Origin: Amoeboradix gromovi X-113 | Lineage: Eukaryota > Fungi > Sanchytriomycota | Reading direction: 5' to 3' | Assembly (NCBI GenBank): GCA_018985225.1 | Contig: JADGIF010000573.1 | Span: forward strand, 1-6,549 | Length of the DNA stretch: 6,549 nucleotides | Shown here: positions 6,521 through 6,549 of the stretch, in pieces | Layout of the letters: every line of letters begins with the position of its first letter | How positions within the stretch are numbered: position 1 is the first letter of the stretch | The notes under the pieces: model-generated | The model's database searches: none | What the model saw: only the letters and a program-made list of their open reading frames with translations | What the model was told of the DNA's origin: nothing | Program-made: the position numbers and the translations under genes

Positions 6521-6549
6521 TGATTGTATTCCTCTTTTTAAAATAAAAC
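6452..6549 (-). mobile_element. 3' end of a sister Fanzor/TnpB-like gene continuing beyond the window
   Basis: Minus frame 6547-6452 reads FILKRGIQSMKENWYNRRRSFINDFLRMEHL*, aligning with IILKRGLKVMKEYWYNRR-SFIND at 2797-2865. It is open up to the window edge. Confidence 0.6.

Noticed and set aside
2797-6549. The inverted repeat pair as terminal inverted repeats of one composite element carrying three genes
   Set aside because: The repeats match the 3' coding end and tail of a Fanzor-like gene, both pointing inward, and the enclosed genes include housekeeping ALT and DCN1. Two independent insertions is simpler, and the outer boundary and any TSD cannot be seen.
1-6549. CRISPR array, tRNA or rRNA genes
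   Set aside because: I saw no regularly spaced repeat-spacer units, cloverleaf or rRNA-conserved motifs.

Overview
AT-rich, gene-dense DNA from a compact eukaryotic genome; a spliceosomal GT-AG micro-intron and a DCN1 neddylation gene show it is eukaryotic, and an early-diverging fungus or protist is my inference. There are four host genes: a Cys-rich single-pass membrane protein (681-1658, -), a secreted hypothetical protein (3000-4043, +), an alanine aminotransferase split by a 19-nt intron (4081-5494, -) and a UBA-less DCN1-like protein (5731-6315, -). The intergenic DNA, which the ORF track leaves unexplained, appears to hold remnants of Fanzor/TnpB-like RNA-guided nuclease elements. (i) A decayed + strand reading frame at 2440-2910 retains the motif order DW..G / LVDEY / CxxC / ERD...IILKRG. 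(ii) An inverted sister copy of its 3' end at 6401-6549 has an open frame running out of the window. (iii) The two copies share a conserved, hairpin-rich ~110-nt tail, a candidate omega/fRNA scaffold, with a third diverged trace at ~117-175. (iv) A possible second, different remnant on the - strand (1869-~2010) is followed by a strongly structured ~100-nt segment (1685-1783). All assignments come from manual translation and alignment and need HMM and RNA confirmation.
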